NCBI GenBank assembly: GCA_013265495.1
Contig: MU057632.1
Coordinates: 604,054 to 668,053 of the forward strand
Reading direction: 5' to 3'
Source: Vicugna vicugna
Taxonomy: Eukaryota
DNA: 64,000 nt
Part shown: positions 52,960 to 64,000 of the stretch, piece after piece
Layout of the letters: each line of letters begins with the position of its first letter
Position numbering within the stretch: position 1 is the stretch's first letter
Position numbers and translations under genes: made by a program
The notes under the pieces: generated by a model
The model's database searches: none
Told to the model about the DNA's origin: nothing
What the model saw: only the letters and a program-made list of their open reading frames with translations

Positions 52960-53375
52960 AAGTTTTTTTAAAATTTAAAAATTGTAGTATGGTCATTTTG
53001 CAATGTTGTGTCAGTTTCTGGTGTACAGCATAATGCTCCAGTCATACACATACATACATACATTCCTTTTCATATTCTTTTTTATTATATGTTACTGCAA
53101 GATATTGAATATAGTTCCCTGTGCTGTACAGTAGAAACTTGTTGTTTATATATTTTATATATAGTAGCTATTATCTTCAAATCTCAAAATCCCAATTTAT
53201 CCCTTCCCACTCCCTTTCCCCCCTGGTAACCATAAGGTTGTTCTCTCTGTCTGTGAGTTTGTGACTGTTATGTAAATAGATTCATTTGTGTCTTTTTTTT
53301 TTTCAGATTGCACATGTAAGTGATATCATAGGGAATTTTTTTCTCTTTCTGGCTTATTTCACTTAGAATGATGAC
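52960..53375 (-). mobile_element. L1 3' end
   Basis: caatgttgtgtcagtttctggtgtacagc...ctggcttatttcacttagaatga. Confidence 0.9.
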
Positions 53376-53604
53376 TACTTTTAAAATAGTAAACTGCCCA
53401 CGTTCTTGAGTTTATTTAAGCTGACACACCTCTTTTTTCTTAATCGTGTTGCAAACATCACCACCCCCTTTGTTGTTGTTGCTGTCCTTAGCTGCTGCAG
53501 TCATGCTGGATACAGGGGTGAGGTGTTTCAGAAAGAAGTGGGTAATAACTGCTGTCAGAGAAGAGTATTTGTTGTGTGGTTTTTGAAAGCCATCAGGGAA
53601 ATCA

Positions 53605-54185
53605 ACGGTCAAGATGGCGGAGCAGTAGGACTACAAGCTCGCCTCTCCTCGCAGCTACAACAAAACCACAACCGGATGCTGAACAGCTGTCTAGAAGAAA
53701 AAAAGATCTGCTTCAACTGGAAACATAGAGAAGGAACCACAGCTGGAAGGTTGGAGGGGTGCGCTCCTGATATAGTCGGGCCCCACACCACCCGGGTGGG
53801 CAACCTACAAGCTTAAACAATTGAGTCACAGAGGTGCTCCCGTAGGGGTGAGAGTTCTGAGTCCCACATCAGGGTCCCCAGCTCAGAGTTCTGGCATCGG
53901 GAGGAGCAGATCCCAAGACATCGGTTTTGAAGGCCAGTGGGGCTTACCTTCAGGAGCCCTACAGGTCTAGGGGAGACAGAGACTTCATTCTCTTGGGAAG
54001 CGTGCACGAAATCTTGTGTGCACTGGGTCCAGGGGCAGAGGCAGTGATTGCATAGGAACCTGGGCCAGATCCGCCTGCTGGTTTTGGAAGTTCTCCTGGG
54101 GAGATCGGGGATGGCTACAGCTCACCCAGGGGACATAAAAGCTGGTGGCAGACATTCCAGGAGTGTTCATCTACATGAGCATCCC
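53605..54185 (+). mobile_element. L1 5' UTR fragment (internal promoter region)
   Basis: Starts with the YY1-type caagatggcgg, then L1 5'UTR motifs gggtgagagttctgagtcccacatcagg and ggagccctacaggtctaggggagacagagac. Confidence 0.75.
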
Positions 54186-54919
54186 CGAGTCTTCTGATTC
54201 TCAAAAATAATCAGCCTAAATTAATCCTCATGCCAAAGAGACACATTTTGGGACAACAAATTTTCCTCTAGCTTCAGAGTGCTTCTCCTAATCTGGTTCA
54301 GGAGAATCCTTTTTGGTTTCCACTCGTAGCTTTGATCAGTCCAGCACCAGTCAGTCGCCAATAAATGTTCAGAAGTCTGTTTCTAACTAAGGAAATTCTT
54401 GATGCCTTTCTTTCTTTCTTTTTTTCCTTTCCTTTTTCAGTTTTATTAGGTAGAATTACTACAGTTTGACTGGACATATACATTATATTGCATGTAAATA
54501 TTATATACAGTACACTGCACTTTTTTTAGTTTACATATATGTACTGATTATTGTTTCTAAGAACAGATTAGGGCTTTAGCCTTTTAAACTTACATACTTA
54601 TCAAAAGAATAAAGCCAACTACAAAATAAGAATCAATGGAATGTGGTAATCCAATCATAAAGGACAGTCTGGAGATTCCTTATGAAGAGTTCCAGCAAAG
54701 CAGATTTTAAAAAACTTATATACTCAGTCACTATTCTTGTTAGACTTATGCAAATAATCAGGGTGATTTTATTAAAACTAGACTTATTTTGCAAAAAATT
54801 TGAGAGACAAAGAGACAATGAGGGAGAAACAAGAGCTGGGGACAATAGGAACCATAGAAATAGGCTTGATTTTATGGATTCCTATAAGGGCTCACTGAGA
54901 AGATAAGAATGTCTTCTTC

Positions 54920-55545
54920 CTTTTTTTTTTTGTTGAAGTATAGTGAGTTTACAATGTTGTGTCAACTTCTGGTGTACAGCACAATGTTTCAGTCATACAT
55001 GTACATCCATATATTCCTTTTCAGATTCTTTTTCATGACAGTTTACTACAAGATATCGAATATAGTTCCCTTGCTATACAGTAGGACCTTGTTGTTTATC
55101 TATTTTATATATAGTAGTATCTGCAGTTCTCAAACTCCCAATTTATTCCTTCCCACCACCTTTCCCCCCAGGGGTAACCATAAGTTTATTTTCTGTCTGT
55201 GAGTATGTTTCTGTTTTATAAATAAGTTCATTTGTATGGCTTTTATTTTTATTTTTGTTTTGTTTTGTTTTTAGATTCCACATATGAGTGATGTCATATG
55301 GTATTTTTGTTTCTCTTTCTGGCTTACTTCACTTGGAAAGACAATCTCCAAGTCCATCTATGTTGCTGCAAATGGCATTATTTTATTCCCTTTTATGGTT
55401 GACTAGTATTCCGCTGTACAAATATACCACAACTTCTTTATTCAGTTGTTTGTCTATGGACATTTAGGTTGTTTCCATGTCTTGGCTATTGTAAACAGTG
55501 CTGCTGTGAACACTGGGGTTATGTGTCTTTTTGAATTAGAGTTAT
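54920..55545 (-). mobile_element. L1 3' end
   Basis: tttttttgttgaagtatagtgagtttacaatgttgtgtc...gtgtctttttgaattagagtt. Confidence 0.9.
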
Positions 55546-57644
55546 TTTCCAACTTCTGAACGTACTACATTCAACTTTTGTGACAATGCTAGCTAGCTTT
55601 TGTTCAGGATAGTAACTTTGCACATAAATGCTTTCAAAGTGAGTTCAGATGTACAGACTTGATCTCTTTTTTGCTCACAGCAGAAGATGATGTTACAGTT
55701 GAGTAACATATGCTTCACAACATCACTCTTAAGATGAAGTCATCTAGCTACACCACAGATATGAACCATGCTGAGGTGAGAATTGAATTCAATCTTAAAA
55801 GACACACTTATGTTAACGGAGGAAAGTAAATTAGAAATCGCAGTGTCAGGGCAACAGACGTTTGGTCTTGGACTCTGGTGATGAGGGATGACCGACTTTG
55901 TGGGGGGTTTTCATCTTTGATTCCCAGAATCTGTGTGCTTCCCCAGCACATGCACCTTCCATCTTGCGGGCCATATGGTGCTCTTTCAGAATGACTTTCA
56001 TTTGATTTTCTCCCTTACTTAGAAATACCTATTTTATTTTTGCTCTGTCAGGAAGTGCTGAGGTCCCTGAGGAGGGTCTACTGTCCAAATGTCTTCTTGC
56101 TAGGATTGAGCTTCTGTAATCCCACTAGGAGGCTTATCTGAGTGGTAGGTCTTCTGGAAGAAAACAGAAGTGTAACCCTGTGGGTGAAGCCTAGCAAAGA
56201 ATTTTTTATAACTTATTTGGATGTAGAGAAATGAAAGAATTCATTCTTCATTGGGAGGTCAGGACGTCAATAGTTATCTCACATGAAAAATTCACAGAGT
56301 TCTTCTGTGTGATGGGGGAAGTGGGCAAGAAGAGGGGAAAGACAGGGGTTAGGGATGGCAGGATTTAACATCACTAAATGTCACTCCCTGGGGAGGTACT
56401 GGACTGCATACTCAGGGCCACAGAACAAGGGCACCTGACAATGTCAATCGTGACTTGAGAGGTTCTGTAAAGATGGGAGAAACTGATGCACTGCATTTTA
56501 CAAGGATGAAGCCAAAGGAAAGATGGAAATTAACTATCTGTTAGTATTAAAAGATGCCAACAGGACAGCAGGAGAGAATTAAGATCAATTAAATACATGT
56601 AAGGAGTGGAACTCACTGTATCAAAACAGAACTTGGCTCCTTCCCAGATGGCCTGCGTCTCCCTGTTTTCCATCCACCTTCTTTGGATGCAGTTGTTTGC
56701 TTCTGGGTACCACTCAGTTGCGATGAGGCTTGGCAGAAGCATCCCACTGTTTCCTTCTGACAGGATGCCTCCACCTCTGTGTTATCTGTTGCATTTTCTT
56801 AGTATGTTTCCACCATTGCATCTGCCGCAGAAATTTACACTTGGCGAAACTCCTGGTTGGGAAATTGCTTCTCAGGGGAAGTGATGATGTAGTCATTGTC
56901 TGAAGAATGACACCTTCACTCACGTTTAGTGTTTCAGGTTAGTGAGAGGCCTTTCCCAGTTGATGGTTGGTATCACCTGCACAAAGCTAGGCAGCCTTTA
57001 AGCCAGTTTCGACATGCTGTCTCGGTCAAAGAAACACAAGCCTGAAATCCAGGATAACTGAAAAGCAATTCAAATCTCCACTGCGATGGCTGAACCCGTT
57101 GTTGAAAGGGCTTTGTGTTTATATCACACAGAAAATAATCTCAAAGCCTCTTTCCTTACCTCTCTGCAAATCACCCAGCAAGCCACTGGGAAGTCTCTTC
57201 TCTACCTCCCAACAGTCTTCAAACTCAGTTCATGTTGGGCCGAGTACCTTCTACCATCTTCTGTTCTAAACTGTCCATTGTATGCTTTTCTTTCATTATG
57301 ATCTAGATGATCCAGACTTTCAAAGTGTTTTTGATTTTCCTTTCTATGCATTTCCCAGGTTAACAAAACCGAATGCCAAGTGCTTGCTAAGTAAGCACTG
57401 AGGGCTTGCTTGCTACTTTTGAAAGTGATGTTAAAGAAAAAAGCTTAACAAATCCAGTTTTCCTCTATAAAATGCAAACACAAGAAAACAGTAACAAGGC
57501 ACTCTGTTCTTTTGGAAGGAAAAACGTCTCTCAATTCTTACGTCAAACTGATCAAGGTCTGTTTGTACAGGAATAGTATTTTGGTGGTCTAGGGCAGGGA
57601 AAGGCACTTCAGCCAATCTCCTGGGGAGACTGGTCCCATCTTAC

Positions 57645-57911
57645 AAATAGGCTGCTCTCCAACAAGCTCTTGAAACGTTTGTTGTGACTGGTGCTGACTG
57701 TGAAAGCCAGTTTTCTCTCTCTTAACATCTTAACGCCACCAGTCTCTAAGCAGAAAGAGTGGCAGGTCTTCCAGCTTCTCTCTAAAAGGATGCTTTCCCA
57801 ATTCTTCAGTGAGTTCACTCTGCTGATGGTTGATTCCTCGGGGGCAGGGGTCCAGTCGGCCCGTGGAAGACCCAGACTGCAGGTCCTTTTCAACTCAGAT
57901 TGAGTCCTAAC
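57645..57911 (-). other. Candidate exon, 267 bp, open in phase 0, unknown product
   Basis: Branch-like ctaac, acceptor ggccag|, donor TTT|gtaaga; encodes VRTQSELKRTCSLGLPRADW...KSLLESSLF. Confidence 0.35.
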
Positions 57912-58919
57912 CTGGCCACGTTCCAAAGACCACGGTTAGCACCCAGGGCTGGGAGCAATGTTGATTAGCCGATTAGCAAGAACTAAGGCCCTTGTTACCG
58001 CATGCACATCTGTGTGTGCATTTTGTAAAGGCAAGTGTGGTTCTGTTGGCACTTTGTCTTTAAAATTACAGAATTCCGAAGTGCTAACTGAAGTGATGCT
58101 CCAGTCCTACAGGAGTTCAGGTAGCTGGATGATCAGAGCAACCTGAGTTGGTCCTGCAGAGGGAAGGAGTGACCAGCGGGACCTTAAATAAAGAGTTAGG
58201 GGTCAATTAAAGACCTAACCATGAGCTCTTTTTAACATAATTTTATTATTTTTTTTAATTTGAAGAAGAAAGCACTAAATATTAAATTTAAAAAATTTCT
58301 CTCAACCAGGACTTGGGTCAGATCTTGAAAAAAAAATTTCTCTTTTCTGCATTTTTTCCCCAGATTTTGTCCCCAGCAACCCAGGAACTACTGTCTGCAT
58401 ATATAATTCGTCTGTTATTTTTATTATTTATTTTAGTAGCATTTATGGCTTTCTGCTGATTGCAGAAGGAAAGCTCCATGTTTAGCATCAAAAGTTTTTA
58501 ATCGTCAGCAGATGCGAAGGAGTGGCTTCTGGAAACTGTTTACAGAAGTTCGTTACCTCTATAGAGAGAGAATTGAGAAGCATTATAGAAAAGAGTACCA
58601 CTCAGAGATCCTTTGTTAACATTTTGGTGTTATTTTTTGGTTTTTAAATTTTTTCCTGAAGAATGACTTCCTAATGCTTTGATAATTTATTAAGAGATGC
58701 TCCAATATTTTGAACATTTATGATGAGACTTCACCATCCATAAAGCACAACTTTTAGTTAATCATTCCCTGACTGGAAACATGTCAGCAAAGTTCTTTTC
58801 TGACCTATGGGCGCTCAGGTGTGGCCCTGAACAGCCTGGTACTTTATTCTTTCCTGCAGTCCCTGCTGTGTCTCCCAAGCACATCAAATACGCTAACAAG
58901 TGAAATGGTGACTTACTAG

Positions 58920-59330
58920 AAATAAAAAAGAATAAAATAATGTCATTTGCAGCAACAGGGATGAACTTGGAGATTGCCATTCTAAGTGAAGTAAGTCAGA
59001 CAGAAAAAAATACCATATGATATTACTCATATGTGGAATCTAAAAAAAAAGAAGAAGAAGAAGAATGCAAATGAATTTATCTACAAAACAGAAGCTGACT
59101 CACAGTCATAGAGAAGATACTCATGGTTACCAGAGGGTAACGGGGGTGGGAAGGGATAAACTGGGAATTCAAAATGTGCACTTCTTGGGGAGTGATGGGA
59201 ATGTGAGCTCTCTTGATTGTGGTGGTGGTTTCATTGGTGTAGACATCTATTAAAATTCATTAAATTACACTTCTGAAATACATGTACTTTATTATACAGG
59301 AATCATATCATAATAAAGGTGTTAAAAAGG
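58920..59330 (+). mobile_element. L1 3' fragment joined to an older L1M 3' end
   Basis: aataaaataatgtcatttgcagcaac...atgtggaatctaaaaaa...ctcttgattgtggtggtggtttca. Confidence 0.8.
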
Positions 59331-59629
59331 AAAACCACTTGCTCTTACATATAGTTTCTGGAACTCCTTCCACTACTTTTTTTTTCTTTTAAGAACCCCT
59401 GACCCCAGCTCATCTGGAAATGTAAAGTATCCTTTTTAGGTGGCAAACCTGGAGTTTTAGGGCTATTTTTCTTTTGCTAACAAAAATTTTAACAAAAAAT
59501 GAATTAATGCCTTTTCTGTCCACAGATAGGATGACTCCCTAACTTAGCCCCAAATATGTCTGATTCCTTACAAGACAGTAACCCTTCCATTAAGCTTCAT
59601 ATTTACATCAAAGGACTTGTTTTACTTAC

Positions 59630-59661
59630 CTATTATTTGATTTTCCAATTGTTGAATGTAC
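59630..59661 (-). other. Candidate 32-nt micro-exon
   Basis: gtttcattttttaag|GTACATTCAACAATTGGAAAATCAAATAATAG|gtaagt, with a consensus donor and a pyrimidine-rich acceptor. Confidence 0.45.
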
Positions 59662-60383
59662 CTTAAAAAATGAAACATCCCAGTTGTAAAAACTAGCATA
59701 TTTGAAAGTATCATATTCGTTAATAGGGCGTTTTGATGTAACAGGTCCTACTTGCCGCGTTCCTAAATCATTAAAAGCGTTTTGAAGACGTTCGTGTTAT
59801 TCTCCGTTGCCACTTTGGAATCCTTACTTTCCCACGTGGGAAAGAATCGTCCCCAGACTCACTGTTCAGCTCTCCCACCCTCTGGTCACGCACATCCACC
59901 CTCTGTGATCACACATGGCTCTTCATGTCAACAGACACACACGGTGAGGATTTTCCTGTCTGGCTCCATCATCATCTTCCCCTCATCTCCTGCAGTAACC
60001 GTGGAGGGATTCCATCTCCAAAGGAAACGAATCCACCCCTTAGGTGAAGCTCAGTTTTATGATCATTTTAAATCCAGTTACTTTTATCTCCTTCATCAAT
60101 ATTTTCCCTTTGAATTGGTAAATAAAAACCAGTAACTCCGATGTTCCCCTCTGCAGCCACGCCTTCCTCATCCTCCGATGGCATTTACTTTTACTAAGTC
60201 TGCTGTTTGACCAACTGAGACCTCTGGGTCTTTGATTGCTCTTTGATTCCAATTGATCAATTCCTTATTGGCTTCCCTTCTTCCCTTTATGGACTTTAAT
60301 ACTATGGTCAAGCCATTTTAACTATTCCTGCCTAATGACTCCAAGCTGTACTAACGTGTGCTTCTGTTCTGCCCAATATATGA

Positions 60384-61317
60384 TGTCGGAAAACCCCGCC
60401 ACTCTTGTGTTTCTCCTTTACTCTCTCGTGACTGCCACACTCACAACACTTCTGATGTGTAGGGATTTCCCCCCACCAAGCAATTCTAGGGCACCAGGCG
60501 GGTGCCCGACCATCTAACTCAGTTCTGACCCTGCAACCTGGAGACAGTAGCAGAATCCACAGGTGAAGGGCTCAGGCCCTCAAGACTGCCCCCAGCCCAG
60601 ACGCCAGTCTCAAGTCCTGGGTTCCCAGGTGACCCACCACTTCTGTCTGACTTTGCTATAGATTGGAGATTCCCATGACTTTCTGTCCCTTGGGTTAGAT
60701 TATTTGCTAGAACAGCTCACAGAATTCAGGGTAACACTTAACTTGAGTTTGAACAGTTTCAAGGATATGATACAGGTGAACAGCCAGGTGAGGAAATATG
60801 GAGGGTGAGGTTCGGGACGGTCTGGAGCACAAGAGCATCTGTCCCCATGGTGTCAGGTTGCACCGCCCTCCTGGTACGTGGGTGTGTAAGCCAATTGGAA
60901 GCTCTCCCAAACCCCATGTTATTAGGGTTTTATGGAGACTTCCTCATGGAGACATGATCAATTATTAACTCCATTTCCAGCCCCTCCTCCCCTCTCTGGA
61001 GGATGGGACTCTGAGGCTGAAACTTCCAAGCTTTTAATCATAGTTTGGTCTTTCTGGTGACCAGTCCCCACCTAGGAGCCCACTGGGAGCCCACTTAGAG
61101 TCACCTCATTAGAACACAAGCCATTCCTATCATCCAAGAAATTAAAAGTGATTTGAGAGCCCTATATCAGGAACTGGGGTCAAAGACCAACTATTACAAC
61201 AAAAGATGTTCCTGGTACCCTTATTACTTTATGAGAGTTTCAGGAGCTTTGTGTCAGAAACCAGGGGTGGATATATATTTCCATATATACATATAATTTT
61301 TTTCCTGTTGTCTCACA
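60384..61317 (-). mobile_element. MER21-like LTR
   Basis: caagactgcccccagcccagacgccagtc...gattatttgctagaacagctcacagaattcaggg...ggagctttgtgtcagaaaccagggg...tctcaca. Confidence 0.75.
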
Positions 61318-61569
61318 TATGTGAAGCCACAGCTGTTTCACTGGAAGAGGTGTTTTCTTTCTTTCTAAAATGAATCCCTCACAGTGACTACTGGTTTGTC
61401 CAAAGATTTGCCATCAAGTACTTTCTTTTTCAGTTTTTTATGAATATTTCTTCCTCCCTAGTGAAATGCCCATGTCTGTATCTTTGAAACTGTCACAGAA
61501 GTCTATACATAATCTCTGCTTTTTATGCTTTTCTATATTTTCCCAACATTTTATGTATTGCTTTTGTCA

Positions 61570-62380
61570 CCAGACATAAAAACAACCCAACGTAATATAA
61601 TCTAGGCTCTCTCTCCCCTCCTTGGACAAATTTCTTGAAAGAATGACCCCATTCTATACCCAATCTTTCACCTTTCTCACCTCTAATTTATTTAATCCCA
61701 CATAACCATCACGTCATCTCTGTTATATTGTGTCATCCCTTTGCTTGCAAAAGTCATGGATCATTTTCTAAGCAACATATATGTTAATTATTCTTTCTCC
61801 TTCCTCTTCTTGACTTCTCTGTCATGAACCATTGATTGTGGCTTTCAGTTTCTCTCCCCCTCTTACTCTACATGGTCTCCCAGGTGATGGCATCCACATC
61901 TATGACGTCGGGGGATGCAGTCACAGAATGACGTCCAGGCTTGTGTGTCTTCAGAGCTCCCAAATCAAAACTCAGTTCTCCACTGAGTATCTCCCTGAAC
62001 ATGTGTCATGCAGGCATCACAAATTCAAAAGTTCCAGAATGAAACCAGTCATTTCCCTTTCAAATCTACTCTTTCTTCTTCGTTTTCTATGTTGATGACT
62101 AGTAATGCCATCATCCCATATTCCAAGCTAGAAGAGCCATCCTACTTTACTTTGTTTCCCATATCCAATTATTTATCAAATTTATGCTGTTTCTGACAAA
62201 CAAATAAATGCATAGCTTTTCCTTTTAATTTTAATTGTCTCATCTTAGTATGAAACAATTGCTATTTCTCTCACTTTGGAAGGTGGCTACTGAGTTCTTA
62301 GCAGGTCACCAACAACTCCAATACATAAGACTCTTAATGGCTGTATCTCTGTTCATTAAACCCGTCTCCAGAGTATGAAT
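61570..62380 (+). mobile_element. L2 LINE fragments (also ~59800-60380)
   Basis: cttctgacttctctgtca..., catctatgacg...atgacgtcc, ccactgagtatctcc...atcacaaattcaaaagttcc. Confidence 0.5.
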
Positions 62381-62439
62381 GCTTGCTCCAAGTTGGGTCA
62401 ATCAGATTTTTTCCTCTAGAAATCTGAATTATCTTTTCT

Positions 62440-62542
62440 TTTTTTAAAACCTAAATACTTTTTATTGAGTTAAAGGCAGTTTACAATGTAGTGTCAATTT
62501 CTGGTGTACAACACAAGTTTTCAGTCATACATGGGTATACAT
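62440..62542 (-). mobile_element. L1 3' end, short
   Basis: tttattgagttaaaggcagtttacaatgtagtgtcaatttctggtgtacaac. Confidence 0.8.
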
Positions 62543-63106
62543 AATGAATTATCTGTTCTTGAATAGAGGGAGAGAGTGACCAAGACTTAGTGGAACAGAC
62601 ATAGATTAATGACATTGGGTAGACTGCCCATGACTTCCACAGCACCCCTGGTTCTGACCCTAGTCTTAGATGTTGAATAAGCCCTTCAGTGAAGTAAGCT
62701 CCATCAACACTTTGTGATAAACATCCTTTTCTGTTAATTTTGGCCCATTTGTTTACGTTGCTTGAAACCAAAACATTCTCAAACTATGCCCTGCGGTTTC
62801 TAACCTCTGGAGTTGTCTTTCAGAAACACTAGGCTGGTCTTATTTCTCTTTCTAAATTATTGCAGCGATACTCCATTGCCTTGTGTATAAAACTCAAATC
62901 CCACAGCTAAGCATGAATGAACATGCAACATCAAGTTCTTCCCTCCTTGTGTTATCTCCCAGCACCTCCCTGTGTGTGCTAGGAATGTCCTGTCCACCCA
63001 CTGTGGTCCTAGGTCCCCTGTGTGCTGCAGGTGCAAAGCCTGGCCAGCCCCACTCCTTGCTTGGTAGTGAGTGCCTGCCTTCCCTGCAAGCACACCCCTC
63101 GCTCAC

Positions 63107-63403
63107 CTCTTCTGACACCTTGGGCGCAGTCAGTGCCCTCTCCTCTCTGCTCCCACAGCACTTTCTACTTGCCTGTGTAAGTGCCTTCTATGCTGCAGTG
63201 GGAGTGTTGGTTTACACACCTGTTGTCTTATGAAGCCGGCAGCTCCTTGATGCACAGACATCTGGCCAGATGTCTGGGAAGGGGGATGATAGTGCATCCG
63301 AGGTGCTCAGAGGGCTGGGGAATTATGGTGGCCCCCTCAGCTTCTCAGGCAGCCTTCAGGGTGAGATGCATCCTGCCAGAAGGGTGCATCATGACAAAAT
63401 ACA
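63107..63403 (-). other. Candidate decayed exon, 297 bp
   Basis: Strong acceptor cctttcttttattttccttcag| and donor GAG|gtgagc; length divisible by 3; stops in all three frames. Confidence 0.35.
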
Positions 63404-63747
63404 CTGAAGGAAAATAAAAGAAAGGAATACAACTCTAGAGGTGTTGGCAACTGAAAATATACTTAGGTAGCATGGAAGTAAAGCTCTGTCTGTGTCTGCA
63501 TGGAGATGCAAGAAGCCAAGAGCCCGTGGCCTGAGTGTGGAGGTTGTGAGGAAACTGGGGAGACAGTTTAGGAACAGATGAGAGAGACATTCTCAATGGC
63601 AGAGACAAATGAAAAGCCTTGACCACTTGGACCCACTAATTTCACTTCTGGACACCAGAAGATCTTTCCTGTTCCTGGGTCCATGTGGCTGCCTCATTTG
63701 TAACCATTCCTGAAGTGACTAAAAAAAGAAAATTCCAAATAATCCAC

Positions 63748-64000
63748 AAGTGGAATATAGTTTGGTGCAGCATTATGGAAAACAGTATGGAGAAAAAACT
63801 AAAAATAGACTTGCCATATGATCCAGCAATCCCACTCCTGGGCACATATCTGGAGGGAGCTCTACATTGAAAAGACACATGCACCCCAATGTTCATAGCA
63901 GCACTATTTACAATAGTCAAGATTTGGAAGCAACCTAAATGTCCATTGACAGATGACTGGATAAAGAAGTCGTATATTTATACAATGGAATACTACTCAG
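63748..64000 (+). mobile_element. L1 ORF2 C-terminal fragment, runs off the window
   Basis: atagacttgccatatgatccagcaatcccactcctggg ([13 protein letters not shown])...acaatggaatactactcag. Confidence 0.92.

Noticed and set aside
59630..59661. bZIP/bHLH assignment for RCQKRYIQQLENQII
   Set aside because: The resemblance is too short, with no convincing basic region or heptad series, so no gene symbol was given.
1..64000. CRISPR arrays, operons or prokaryotic defence systems
   Set aside because: The sequence is mammalian; no regularly spaced repeat-spacer array or gene-dense region is present.

Overview
Repeat-rich mammalian genomic DNA, most likely camelid. This is inferred from the tRNA-derived GGGGAGGGTATAGCTCAGTGGTAGAG SINEs and the L1 3'-end type. 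I found no intact, recognisable host protein-coding gene, and nearly all ORF-track entries are repeat-derived or chance. The window holds young and old LINE-1, L2, an L3/CR1 fragment, SINEs, ERV LTRs, MER DNA transposons and microsatellites. The notable elements are: a decayed but still CpG-rich processed pseudogene of the POLD1 3' end (~3.1-3.76 kb, minus); an inverted pair of ERV1-type solo LTRs with a patchwork identity suggesting gene conversion (29.9-32.4 kb); a 3'-truncated L1 flanked by a TSD; a young L1 with a probable short 3' transduction; a small CpG-rich promoter-like segment (~39.3-39.66 kb); and exon-like minus-strand segments (56.6-63.4 kb and 20-31 kb) that may be a decayed gene or spliced lncRNA I cannot name. 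Repeat family names and reference sequences are recalled from memory, not searched, and many boundaries are approximate.
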